DNA of 64,000 bases from the human T2T-CHM13v2.0 reference genome, Homo sapiens: the NCBI RefSeq assembly GCF_009914755.1, contig NC_060931.1; one strand, written 5' to 3'. Below the pieces are notes generated by a model. It searched no databases, was not told where the DNA came from, and worked only from the letters and a program-made list of their open reading frames with translations. Made by a program: the position numbers and the translations under genes. This document shows positions 50,484 through 64,000 of the stretch, piece by piece (positions within the stretch are counted from its first letter, which is position 1; each line of letters begins with the position of its first letter).

Positions 50484-51305
50484 TGGTGGGAGATGTCTTC
50501 ACAATATATCATGCTTCCAGATCCTTTCTGATAAAATTATACACTAATGCTAATGATATATTAAAGGACAATACCAAAAAGTCAAGGGTCAGGTCAAAAA
50601 GGAGATGGATATTTTTACAGACCAGACACAGAGTACATATACAATGTGGGGAGAATGCCATAGGGTTGCTGGTCTATGGACACAGTAGCAGGGAAGTCGC
50701 AGCAGGAACTTGGCCTCTGTGGAGAATAGCCTTACATGATTTTTATGTGAGATAGGAGACTAAAACTAGACTCACAGAATAAAACTAGGGACTGAGTATA
50801 GCACTCTGCTCATAGAAGCTAAAAAACCCAAATGGCAAAAAAAAAAAAAAAACCCAAATGGCTACAACCGCTGCTTGAAGCTATGGCTCATAACAAGCAG
50901 GGTGCCTCATGAGAAAATGATCGAAGTTCCTGCTTTCCAGCCAGGAACTAAACCAAGTCCCCCACAGCTTTCCTGAATGTATGGCAATATCTCCATATCA
51001 CAATAGGTCATTAGAAGATCTGATTTGGAACAGAGGCCCAGTGGGTGGAGTGCGCGAGGAAGCACTGGATGCAGAACCACTGCACAATGAGAAATATGTT
51101 TCCGTTGGATTTAACAACAAGGGGACTATTGATAACCTTAACCTCAGTAGTTTCATGCAATTGCAGATGCAAGTACCAGAATAGTATGGGAGGGTAACTG
51201 AGGGTGAAAGGAAGAGTTAGGCATACTGAGTGTAGATATCTTTCTCAAGAAAAATAGAATACGCTTCTCCTACAGAGTCAGGTACAAGGAACACTGAAAA
51301 AACAA
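50484..51305 (+). other. Putative L1 3' transduction with second A-rich tail
   Basis: Non-L1 sequence between the L1 tail and the 3' TSD copy aaaacagactttaa (51306-51319); the 5' copy aaaacagactgtaa is at 43524-43537. Confidence 0.85.
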
Positions 51306-53827
51306 AAAACAGACTTTAAAACAACAACGAAAAGTTACTAAAGAAAAAAGGGACTTTTATTATGATAAAAAGGTCAGTATATCAGGAAGAAAGAACAATT
51401 ATAAACATACAGATATTAAAGAGGAATTAGATAATTCAATATTAATTGGAGACATCAATATCCCACTTACAATGATGAATAAAAAAACTAGGAAGAAGAT
51501 CAACAAAGAAATAGAAGACCTGAACAACACTATAAACCAAATAGATTTGAGAGTCATCTACAGTAAACTGGCTAACAGCAGCAGAATATGCATTCTTCTC
51601 AAATACACATGGAACATTCTCAAGGATAAAGCATATACTAAGCCATAAACCTTTGAAATAATCCAAATTATTTTCTCTGATAAAGTAAAATTAAAAATCA
51701 GCAACAAAAGAAATTTGAAAAACTCAGAAATGAAAATTAACAGACTCCTAAATAATCAATAGATCAAAGAAAAAATCAAAAGATAAGTTAGAAATAATCT
51801 TGATATAAATGAAAATGAAGACAAAACATGCCAAAACCTATGGCATGCAGGTAAGACAGCACGTAGAGGGAAATAATATGCCATAGGCATGGCATATTAT
51901 AAAAGAAAGCTCTCACGTAGCCTAATCTTTTATCTTCGGACAATGAAAAAGAAAGAGAAAATAGAAAAACTAAATATAAAACACGCAGAATGAATAAAAT
52001 AATAAAGACTTCAGCAGAGATAAGTGATATAATAAATAAAAAATAGTGAAAATCAATGAAACCAAGACCAGTTTTTTAAGAAATCAACAGAATTGATCAA
52101 ATTTTAGCTAGATTTACAAAAACAAGAGATAGAAGACTCAAATTACTAGAATCAGAAAAAAGGGGAGAGACTACTGACCTTAAAGAAATAAAAGAATTAT
52201 AAAGGAATACTACAAACAACTCTATGCCAACAAATTAGACACATTTAGATAAAATAAATTCTTAGGAAGACACAAACTACTGAAACTGACTCAAGTAGAA
52301 ACAGACAATCTGATTAGACCTGTAATAAAAAGGTTGAATTAGTAATCAAAAAACTACCTATGAAAAACAACACAAGCCCAAAGGTCTTCACTGATGAATT
52401 CTACCAAACACTTAAGATATATTAGCAATAATTCTTCACAAACACTTTCAAAATTGGAACAGAAGGGAATACACCCCAGCGCATTCTATGAAGCCAGTAA
52501 TACCCTGATACCTAAACCAAAGACATCACAAGAAAACTATATACCAGTATCTCTTATGAACACAAATGCAAAAATTCCCAATAAAATACTGGCAAATCAA
52601 ATCTAGCAAAATATTGAAAAAAATCATACACCATGACCAAGTGGGATTTAAACCGAGAATGCAAGTTTGGGTTAATATTTAAAAAATCAATTCATGTAAC
52701 AAACCATAGTAATGAAGTACGAAATAAAAAACACATTTATATTAACTTATGTAAGAAAAAACATTTGACAAAATCCAACATCCTTTCACAATAAAAACAA
52801 TCGTCAAATATAAACGTAGAATAAGGGAATTTCTTCCATCTGATAATGGGCACCTACAAGAAACCCACAGCTAACATTATATATACTCAATGGTGAAAGA
52901 CTAGATTATTTCCCCCTAATATTATGAGAAAGGTAATGATGCCCACTCTCAACATACTTTTTCAACATATATCTAAAGTCCTAGGCTCCTCAATAAAAAA
53001 AAACAAAAATAAATAACAAATACACAGATTCTGTCTCTGTGTCAACATGCCATAAATGTCTCACGAAGAATCTACCAAAATCTAAAAATCTAGTATTGTT
53101 ACATGACTTTGACAAGGTGGCAGGATACAAAATCAACACAAAATTACACATATTAGCAATAAACATGTGTAATTAAAAGTTTAAAATATAATATTTATAA
53201 TTATTCTAAAAAATCAAAATAACACACTTAGTATACACTTAACAAAACATGTATATGCAAATGAAAGAAATCAAAGACCTAATTAAATGGATAGACATAC
53301 CATGCTCATAAACTAGAAGACACAGTATAGGAAGGATGCAATTCTTCCCCAAATTAATCTATAAATTGAATGTAATTCCCATCAAAATCACATTAGGATA
53401 TTTTGTTGATGCACATAAGAATATTCAAAAATTTATATGGAAAGGGACAGACATTTAAATAACAAAGACTATTCTTGAAAACTATCTTGAAAAGAACTTT
53501 CTCCTTGGTGCTGAGGTTTTCTATATACTTACAGTAATCAACAGTGTAGCACTGGTAGAGGAGGTATAAAACTATAAATCAATGGAAGAAATTACAGAAC
53601 CTAGGAAAAAAGCACCCACACAAATATCTTCAACTGATTTTTGACAAAGATGCAAAAACAACTCAATGGAGGAAGAATAACCTTTTCAGGAAATAATATT
53701 GAAGCAACTGAACATCCATATGTAAAAAATAAAAGCAATAAAAATCAACCTTAAACCAAGCCTCAGCACACTTTACACAAAAATTAACTGAAAATGCATC
53801 CCATAGTTAAATATAAAAAGGAAACCT

Positions 53828-55150
53828 GTGCTGGGAGAACTGGCTAGCCATATGCAGAAAATTGAACCTGGACCCTTTCCTTATACCTTATTAAAAACTT
53901 AACTCAAGATGGATTGAAGCCACTGCACTCCAGCCTGGACGACAGAGCGAGACTCCGTCTCAAAAAAAAAAAAAAAAAAAAAAAAAACCTAAAATTATAA
54001 AAACCCTAGAAGAAAACCTAGGCAATACCATTCAGGACATAGGCACAGGCAAAGATTTCATGACAAAAATGCAAAAAGCAATTGCAACAAAAGCAAAAAT
54101 TGACAAATGGGATCTAATTAAACTAAAGAGCTTCTGCACAGTAAAAGAAACTATCATCACAGTGAACAGGCAATATACAAAGTGAGAGAATATTTTTGCA
54201 CTCTATTCATCTGACAAAGGTGTAATATTCCAGAATCTACAAGGAACTTAAACAAATTTACAAGAAAAAAAACAACCCCATTAAAAAGTGGGCAAAGGAC
54301 ATGAACACACACTTCTCAAAAGAAGATATTCATGGGGCAAACAAACATGAAAAAAAGCTCAACATCACTGATCATTAGAGAAATGCAAATCAAAACCACC
54401 ATAAGATACCATCTCACACCAGTCAGAATGGCAATTATTAAAAGGTCAAGAAATAACAGATGCTGGCGAGGTTGAGGAGAAACAGGAACACTTTTACACT
54501 GTTGCTGGGAGTGTAAATTAGTTCAACCATTGTGGAAGATGGTGTGGCAATTCCTCAAAGATCTACAACCAGAAATGCCATTTCACCCAGCAATCCCATT
54601 ACTGAGTATATACCGAAAGAAATATAAATCATTCTATTACGAGGATACATGCACTGATACGTTCATTGAAGCACTATTCATTGAAGCAAATAATGATTCC
54701 ATGTCATTGAAGGAAAGACATGGAATCAACCCAAACGCCCATCAGTGATAGACTGGATAAAGAAAATGTGATACACATACACCATGAAATACTATGCAGC
54801 CATAAAAAGGAACAAGATCATGTCCTTTACAGGGACATGGATGGAGCTGGAAGCCATTATCCTCAGCAAACTAATGCAGGAACAGAAAACCAAACACCAC
54901 ATATTCTCACTTATAAGTGGGAGCTGAACAATGAGATGACATCAACACAGGGAGGGGAACAACACACACTGGGGCCTGTCAGTGGTGTGAGGAGGAAGAA
55001 CATTAGGAAAAATAGCTAATACATGCTGAACTTAATATCCAAGTGATGGGCTGATAGGGATAGCAAACCACCATGGCACATGTTTATGTAACGAGCCTGC
55101 ACATCCTGCATGTTACCCAATAACTTAAAATGAAAATAATTTTTTTTTAA
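53828..55150 (+). mobile_element. 5'-truncated L1PA (L1PA8-13-like) 3' end
   Basis: Perfect 13-bp TSD aaaaaggaaacct (53815-53827, 55151-55163); ORF2 C-terminus and 3' UTR. Confidence 0.92.
53919..53987 (+). mobile_element. Severely 5'-truncated young (AluY-like) Alu
   Basis: gccactgcactccagcctggacgacagagcgagactccgtctc plus an A26 run; three CpGs intact. Confidence 0.9.
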
Positions 55151-57060
55151 AAAAAGGAAACCTACAAAACTTTTCAGAAAAAAAACAGACTATCTTTGGG
55201 ATCTAGAACAAGGCAAATAATTTTTCATCTTAATACAAAAAGCATGATTCACAAAAGCAAATCTGATAAACCAAATTTTAAAACAGGCTCTGCAAACATC
55301 CTGTCAAGAGGATGAAAAGACAAAATACAGACTGGTAGAAAATACTTGCAAATAATATATATCCAACAAAGAAAGAGTATCTATCTATCTGTATATGTGT
55401 ATTAAATATCAAAAAACCCAATGTTAATATATCAGACAATCCAATGAAAAAATGGTCAAAAGATATGAACAGAAATTTTACCTAAGAGGATGTACAGATG
55501 GCAAATAAACTCATAAAATATATTTAATACATCATTAGAAATTATAGAAATGCAAATTAAAACCACAATGAAATATTACTTCACACCTATCAGAATGGCT
55601 AAAACAAAAGATAATTATAACACCAATTGCTGGTGGAGACATGGAGTAACTGGACTATCCTTATATTGCTGGTGGGAATACAAAATGGTACAGCCATTCT
55701 GAAAAACAGTTTGGCAGTTTTTTATAAAACTAAATATTCAACTATCATATGATCAACCAACTGCATTTTAGGTATTTACCCCACAGAAATAAATACTTAT
55801 GTCTATAGAAAAACAATCCACAAACGTCCATAGAAGCTTTACATGCAACAGCCAAAAACGCAAAGCAACCTAGATATCTTTCAATGCATAAGTCATTAAA
55901 CAAACTGTGGTATATGCATACTATGCCATGCAACTCAGCAATAAGAAAGAGTGTGTGATAGATGCACAAAGCTTATAAAGGAATTTGGAAAAATGAAAAA
56001 AAGTCAATCCCCTAAGATTATGTACTATAGCACTGTATTTGTATAATACTTTTGAAACGACAATACAGAATGAGAGAAGATTGGTGGTTGCCAGTAATTC
56101 TGGATGGAGGTAGGAGGGAAAATGGGTTCAATTATAAAAGGTCAACACAAGGTATCCTTGTCTTGATGGGACTGCTCTGTATCTTGTCTATGGTTGTAGA
56201 TACCTGAGCCTACCCATGGGATAAAAATGGCAGAATTACATACACACACACAAAAGTACACATAAACCTGGAAAAATATGAATAAGATCATATTTTACAT
56301 ATTGTAACAAAATCAATATCTTAGCTTACAAGATATTACAATTTGGGGAGGCTGGGTAATGAATACATGTGATCTGTCTGTACTATTTCTTGCAACCATA
56401 TGTTAATCTACATTTATCTCAAAACAAAAAGTTTAACCTGAAAAAACAGACCTAAGGTTTAACTTGCCTTTTCAGGACCATTCTCAGTCTACTTTTCTAA
56501 ACTACTGGACCTTAAATTATTGAAAACTTAGTAATTGCTGAACATATAATAACCTTTCCTTGTATGTAACTGAAAATGGTTTAAGAGCCAACAATTCGAG
56601 TATGACAATGAAGCAGAACAGTTCTAATGCTCAACCACTTCTGTTCTTGTGTATGACTTACAGCCTTAATTTTCTGTGTGAAAATGGTTACATTATTTCC
56701 TTAGCTTTGTTTGTTGGAGACGAAGAAGGAATGCTTGTTAAGTACGTCAAAACATAATCTTATCTTTTGAATTTTTGTTAATATATTATAGAAGATAGAT
56801 TATTCATTTGCCTAGAAAGCTTGTATAACACATTTGGAAATTTCTGCTCTGTAACATCTTTAGAGCTGACAGTCTGTTTTTTACTTCATGCTGAAGTATC
56901 ATCTGGTGGTTTTGTGAACTGGTCAGAAATTCACAGGTTTTAAGTGTCTTAAGAAAATTTATATTGAACATTGCTCTTTGTCTAACAAATAAAAGATGTT
57001 AATTTATTCCTGTTTTTAAAAAATAGGCCTAGAAAATATAGGAAACAATTTTTCTTTTCT

Positions 57061-57334
57061 TTTCTTCTTTTTTGCTGTCTAAGGCAGAGTCTCACTCTGT
57101 CACCTAGGCTGGAATACAGTGGCATGATCCGGCTCACTGCAGCTTCCGCCTCCCAGGTTCAAGTGATTCTCTGGCCTCAGCCTCCTGAGTAGCTGGGATT
57201 ACAGGCATGCACCACCACGCCTGGCTAATTTTTTTGTATTTTTAGTAGAGACGGGGTTTTTCCATGTTGCCCAGGCTGGCGTCGAACTCCTGGCCATAAG
57301 TGATCCACCCACCTCGGCCTCCCAAAGTTCTGGG
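57061..57334 (-). mobile_element. Alu element, slightly 5'-truncated
   Basis: TSD caatttttcttttct (57046-57060) / caatttttattttct (57335-57349). Confidence 0.93.
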
Positions 57335-58644
57335 CAATTTTTATTTTCTAGATAGGAAACAATCTCTTAGAAAACAAAACAAAACAAAACAAAAGCAAAA
57401 CAACTCAGAGAATTAAAATTGATAGCTCTCATTACAAAAAAAAAATTGAAACTTCTGTTAGTATAAACATCTTAAGTGAGAGAAGGTAGAAATTACTTAA
57501 AGCATGCATAAGAAAAGACTAGTATCCAGAATAGCAAAATATCTAAAAATTAGTAAGAAAAAGACAAACTATGCGAAAGGAAGATGACAGTGGAATTGAA
57601 AAGGCAATCTACTGAATAATAAAAATATGAAAAGATGTTCTAACTCACTAATAATTAAAAAGTGTATATTAAAGCAATGAGTCACCATTTTATACCTAGT
57701 GTCTTGCCATATTCAAAACCGATAACAATTCTTGATTTTATTTTTCTAATTTTCTAAAATTTTTAAAGGTTTTATATATATAGAAAATTATAAGTTGATT
57801 TTACTTCTTACAATCCAGGTAATGGTGAATATCTTGCTCAACACAGTAAAAAACATGAGTCAAAAAGAAAATACCACTTGTAGTTTATATAAAATTTTTA
57901 AGTTTGCAATTATCCTTTACTTAGAATATGAGATTAATAAGCTAAGAACAAAATACAGAATGCAATGCATTTGACATAAAATTAATATCTACATAGCTAT
58001 ATATCTCTCAGTAGCTATTCAGACACACAAACATACACACACACAGAGCTCACACAAATAACAAGATTTGAATAACCCACCAAAGTCCAAAAAATGCATA
58101 TTAAAACTACAAAATACCATTAATTTATTATATTGGCAACACTTCAAAATACAGCATTAAAGGGGTTTTAGAAACTGAGGTTCTCATCTATTATAGCAAG
58201 GTTGCAAACTGCTATACAAAAGAATCAATCAAAATAGCACTATGAATTCCCTGCAGATTTTCCTTTACAGAATTCATCTTTCTGAAAGACTAACAACTTA
58301 TCTTACAAAATACAGCAATGTTAGTATGGTGGGGGGTATGGTGTATCTGTGTGTATACACAGATCAGTGATGGATGGATGGACAGATATTTAAATGTTTC
58401 ATACAGTACCATCTGAGGAAGGGAAAATGTGAAACAAACTAAATAATAATTAACTGAAGAACACTCAAATAAAATCTGAAACACCATGTAGCTATTACAA
58501 AGATTAAAGGAGCTATGTATAATAAAATAGAATCAATTGCATTTGTTTTAAGCATAAAAAGAGTAGGTCTCCAAAGTCAGTTTATTAATCTGGTCTTCAT
58601 CCTGCTGGCATTCATATAACAGTGGTGTACATAGTAGGATATCA

Positions 58645-58970
58645 TAAAGCATAAGAATACTAACTCTAGGACCAGAATTCCTAAATTGAAATCTGAGTTC
58701 TTCCCTCCCCTACTTAATAGCTATGGTCTTGAGAAAGTCACTTAACCACTCTGTTTCCTTACATTTACGAGACCAAAAATAGCAGTGCCTACATCACAGT
58801 TTGTTTTGAAATACATTTAATATAAATAAATCAGAACAATGCTTACACTAAGCAAGCATTATATAAATATGGATTTTGCTGTTGTTGTAATAATTACATG
58901 TAAAAACAAGCACTGCCTGGTACCTCATAAGTGCTCAGTAAATATTAGCTATCATTATCATTATTATAAA
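58645..58970 (+). mobile_element. MIR remnant
   Basis: gctatggtcttgagaaagtcacttaaccactctgtttcct...tgcctacatcacag...gcactgcctggtacctcataagtgctcagtaaatattagct. Confidence 0.7.
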
Positions 58971-59286
58971 CCAGCACTCATTTTAGGCACTTTTACATTT
59001 GTTAGCATATGTGAATATGTACTTATGAGTGATTCTGAAGTACATTTATTATAAGTTAGGTACCTGAAGTAACAAGATGGAGATAACTACTATGTAACAA
59101 AAATGAAACATGACTGATTAAAAGGTTTAAACAAATTATTTGCCTAACAAAGTTAATTATCTTACCAAAACATTATGTTTCTCTTTGGCTACATGGGAAA
59201 GTATTTTTTGATTAACCAAAATATCATCAAGAAACCACTAATAATTCTGCCAGTTGTTTGGCACCCTTGCTGTCAAAGTAATGGTG

Positions 59287-59769
59287 TGTAAGTTATCTTA
59301 TTGACACTGTAACAAATTACCACAAACCTAATGTTCTAAACAACACAAATTTATTACCTTATGGCTCTGGAGATCAGAAATCCAAAATGAGTCTTACTAA
59401 GCAAAAATCAAGCTGTATTCATTCTGAAAGCTTTAGGGGGAATCCAATTCTTTGTCATTTCTAGCTGTAGTGGCTGCCTTCATTATTTGGCATGTGGCTT
59501 CTTCTTTGATTTTCAAAGAAAATCACTGCAAGTTCTCCTTTTGTCAGCGCATTTCCTTTTTCTGCCTTTGACCCTCTTGCCTTCCTCTTAGAAGGAACCC
59601 TGTGATTACACTGGACCCACCTAGATAATTCAGGATAATCTCCTCATCTCAAGAGCCTTAATTTAATCCATCTGCTAAATCCCTTTTGCCATGTAGGGCA
59701 ACACACTTACATGTTCTGGATATGACTAGATATGGACATGTTTAGGAGCCATTATTCTGTCTGCCACAC
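59287..59769 (-). mobile_element. MLT1D-like MaLR solo LTR
   Basis: ctgtaacaaattaccacaaac...acaacacaaatttatta...ataattcaggataatctcctcatctcaag...ccattattctgtctgccaca. Confidence 0.85.
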
Positions 59770-59839
59770 ATGGGTCCCACCAGTGAGATGGAACCTACTA
59801 GCAACTTGAGTTCAGGCTGTTCTCCTGGCTACTCCATAT

Positions 59840-60715
<876 letters not shown>

Positions 60716-61161
60716 CATATCAACTGAGCTCTGCCAATTGTAAGCCTCAAAAGGTCAATCCACCAGAAAAGGAATTTATAGTGGTGTTTCACGCTCCTGT
60801 TTTGGGGGATGGCAGTGTACCAGAAATCATCATACTCAAATTTAAAATACTTAGAATTTAATATAGTACAAGCCATAATATCATCATAATAATTTGAAAA
60901 CATTTATACATCCCTGGCCCTAAAATTTATCTGTGTGTACATGTCAACATTCCCCTGAAGAAAAAAAGACTACGATCTGTTAACCATTCTGTGCCCTCAC
61001 CACTAACCCTTTACAAAGTACTTACATAGGGAGGCAGTAATTCTTTTTTAATTAAATGAGACTAAAAATAACAAAGTCCCTTTAAGACAAGCCTACTTAA
61101 ACATATTTAAATGTTTAAAATCATTAAGAAAGGTTAAAACACAACTAACTTTACTTCTTAC

Positions 61162-61314
61162 CATATATAGCATATTTTAGTTGAAGACGTTTAACAATTT
61201 CTTCCACAGTAGGTTTATATTCGAGGAAACATGTATAAATTCCACTCATACTCTCCTCAAAATTTTGGAATACAAGGCTTCCTGTGGATGTTATTTGTGC
61301 AGTGCGGTTTTCTA
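61162..61314 (-). CDS. ZPBP: ZPBP internal coding exon (probably exon 4), 153 bp, phase 1-1, Ig-like region
   Basis: Minus strand reads polypyrimidine ...ttcctttag|TAGAAAACCGC...ATATATG|gtaag. Translation (V)[50 protein letters not shown](A) is stop-free, splices in frame to 34467 and matches the ZPBP protein as I recall it. Exon number is from memory. Confidence 0.95.
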
Positions 61315-62014
61315 CTAAAGGAATAAGATACAGTTACGAGTTGCTTAAATTACATGAGACAAGTACCAAAACATTTTCTCAGCAAGGTAAAACCATCATA
61401 ATTTACCAACACAGTCAATGAAAGGAGTGGGGGGCATAGCTAGGACATTACATCTGGTATCTGCTAACAGTGGATGCCAGGATAACCTTCTTACTGCCAG
61501 ATGTTCACTAATCAGAGTTCATCAATTGCATTGCTGCCTAAGTAGAAAGAGACTAACAAGGATACATACAGAATATGCTCCTAATCTGCTCCTTGCATTG
61601 AACTGGGCACTATCAGAAATGCAGTATACATATATACAAATACATACACATACATATATACATATACTTTAACATAATTATATTTATATTTAATGATAAA
61701 TTATGCCCTCAGTAAGCTTACAAACTGCATATGAAACAGATAAATAATATACCCAGAATAAAGGCTATCAGAATATAATCACTAACAAGAGATTTCTTAT
61801 CACTACACATGATGAAAAGCAAAATTTGGCTTATAAATTTGAGGTTTGCAGAAGAAAAAAAAATATTGGATATGAGATCACCTGACTTGCCCAACATCAC
61901 ATAATCACACAGTTGCAGTGCTGGGGGTTAGAATGGGATGTAAGCTCCCTTTTCATTTCAACATACTTCATTATTTAAGTGTCAAGCAGGGAGAAAGCTA
62001 TGTTGTGAAATGGA

Positions 62015-62225
62015 AAGTAAATCTGCCTTTAGAGGCATTGACACTCGGGTTTGAGACCTACCTTTCCCTCTCACAAACTGTAACCATGAGTAACCAATTA
62101 ATCTTTCTGAGATCCAGTTCCCTCATTTGTACAATGAAAAATCATAATATATGATAGCCTATCTCACAGGATTTCTCTGTATAACAAATACAATGAATGC
62201 TAAAGTACTTGGAAAAGCTATAAAT
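62015..62225 (+). mobile_element. MIR remnant
   Basis: tgtaaccatgagtaaccaattaatctttctgagatccagttccctcatttgtacaatgaaaa...atagcctatctcacagg. Confidence 0.7.
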
Positions 62226-63043
62226 CTGTTATTCTGAAAGTTCATAACCACAGTTTTTAATTAGAAAAATTCTTAGGTATTAAAATTTGCTTAGTCTGAT
62301 ATTCCATTCATTAGAACTGAAAGTACTACATCAGGAAATAACTGTCTACCTTTTTCTATTTTAGGTAAATGATTTATTGCTTATAAATTTTAAGTTGATA
62401 TATTTTTCCAAGACAAATGATGAGTGTTCATAGGGATGAAATTTTCATTATTTATTTGTTCAGTAAATATTTACTGAGTGTCTAGTACATGCAAGCCCTG
62501 CTTCAGGTATTGAAAGAGAAATGAACAGATGAATATACCCACCCTCAAATAATTTACATAGAGCATTATGCCTTGAGAACTTCCATTTCTATATCCTGGA
62601 TGAAGCTGAAAAATGTGATATGAATTTAGAATACATGTCTATTGTAATGCCTATTTCTTCATGATTATGTTTTAATGAAATATTACATATTTATCCTAAC
62701 ATGCCAAGTCTTTTATAAACGAAGTTAACAGTTTGCAAGAGTTCACTATGTATTTCAGCAGAAACACCTCGTAGAGATGTAATAAAGGGTTCTCATGAAG
62801 TTTAAAGAAATTATAGAATATTACATCATCAATGAGATTACATATTCCTTGGCAATCATTTGAAATGAATGTTTCCCACACTAGAGAAAGCAATTAATAA
62901 GTGTATCAAAATATATACCTAAATGCCTACTACAACACAAAACATTATGACAGCCAGAAAATGTAGTAGTATACAATCTATAATAAAATGCCCCCTGACT
63001 GCCTTCTTATTTAAAAAATGTTTAAGTAGATCTAAAAAGACAA

Positions 63044-64000
63044 GGGGGCTCAGAGCCAAGATAGCCAGCCAGCAAGAGCATCTCCCACCAAGAGATAAGA
63101 CCATCAAGAAGACTAGCACACTCTGAGCAGATCTTCAGAAGGAAGGCATTGAGAGTAGTCGGAGGGAGGACACAGATCCTGGACTGAAGGAGCAAGAAGC
63201 TAGGGAACCGTCACAGGGTACACAAGCATCAGGACTTATTCCTTGCCCTGAGTGGCTTCTGGGGAAGGGATAAGTGAAGTAGACATGGAGCGGCCCACTC
63301 TCACTATGGAACTCTGGAATCCTAGCTACAGGAGAACCCATGGACATTTGGGCTGGCAAGGGAGAGATTCTTGGAGTGTTGGCGGGGACAAGACTCCACT
63401 GCATGGAACCCAGAGCATTTGCCTTGGGACCTGCTGCAGTGGAGCATGGCCAGGGACACCATCCCCCAAGGCTTGTCAAAATCAGAGCTGAACTGAACAA
63501 AATGGTGACACAAAAAAACATACAAAAGATCAACAAAACTAAAGGCTGGTTTTCTGAAAGAACACATAAGGCTGGTAGACTGCTAGCTGGACTAATAGAG
63601 CAAAAAAAAGAGAGGATCCAAATAAACACCATCAGAAATGACAAAGGGGACATTACCACTGACCCTAGAGACATATAAAAAACCATCAGAGACTATTACA
63701 AATACGTCCATGCCCATTAACTAGAAAACCTAGAGAAATGGATACATTCCGAGAAACATACACCCTCTCCCATGATTGAACCAGGAAGAAATTGAAACCC
63801 TGAACAGACCAGAGTAAGTTCTGACACTGAAACCATAATCAAAAACCTACCAACAACAAAAAGCCCTGGACTAGACAGATTCACAGCCAAATTCTACCTG
63901 ACATATAAAGAAGGGCTGGTACCAATCCTAGCTAAACTATCCCAAAAAATTGAGGAGGATCGACTCTTTCCTAGCTCATTCTATGAGGCCAGTATCATTC
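63044..64000 (+). mobile_element. Older primate L1: 5' UTR start fused to ORF2 (large internal deletion), running off the right edge
   Basis: ggggctcagagccaagatagcc 5' end and GC-rich UTR to ~63474, then ORF2 KIRAEL..KINKTKGWFSE..INTIRNDKGDITTDP. Confidence 0.8.

Noticed and set aside
50483-51184. ORFs of 90 and 67 aa in the transduced segment as a possible retrogene
   Set aside because: No recognisable protein similarity, and the segment contains repeat remnants, so it looks like non-coding flank.
63135-63686. 183-aa hydrophobic minus-strand ORF
   Set aside because: Antisense reading of A-rich L1 ORF2 and 5' UTR; no splice or coding support.

Overview
AT-rich primate (most likely human) genomic DNA lying entirely inside a minus-strand gene that I recognise as ZPBP (zona pellucida-binding protein 1/sp38). 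Three internal coding exons were read directly from the sequence: 61162-61314, 34249-34467 and 21406-21482, probably exons 4-6. They have GT-AG sites, matching phases and a continuous translation, and none appears in the supplied ORF track. The rest is intron densely packed with nested transposable elements: L1s (essentially all antisense to the gene), Alus, ERVL/MaLR/ERV1/ERVK LTRs, Tigger and Charlie DNA transposons, and MIR/L2 remnants. I see no convincing novel biological system. The best observations are mechanistic fossils: an ~0.8-kb 3' transduction carried by a full-length L1PA7-like element, an LTR transcript fragment apparently retrocopied by L1 machinery, a poly(A)-only insertion, a 123-bp inverted duplication spanning an LTR/flank junction, a young truncated Alu with a target-site deletion, and a NAGNAG acceptor. 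Repeat family names come from recalled consensus sequences, not from a search, and boundaries of old elements are approximate.
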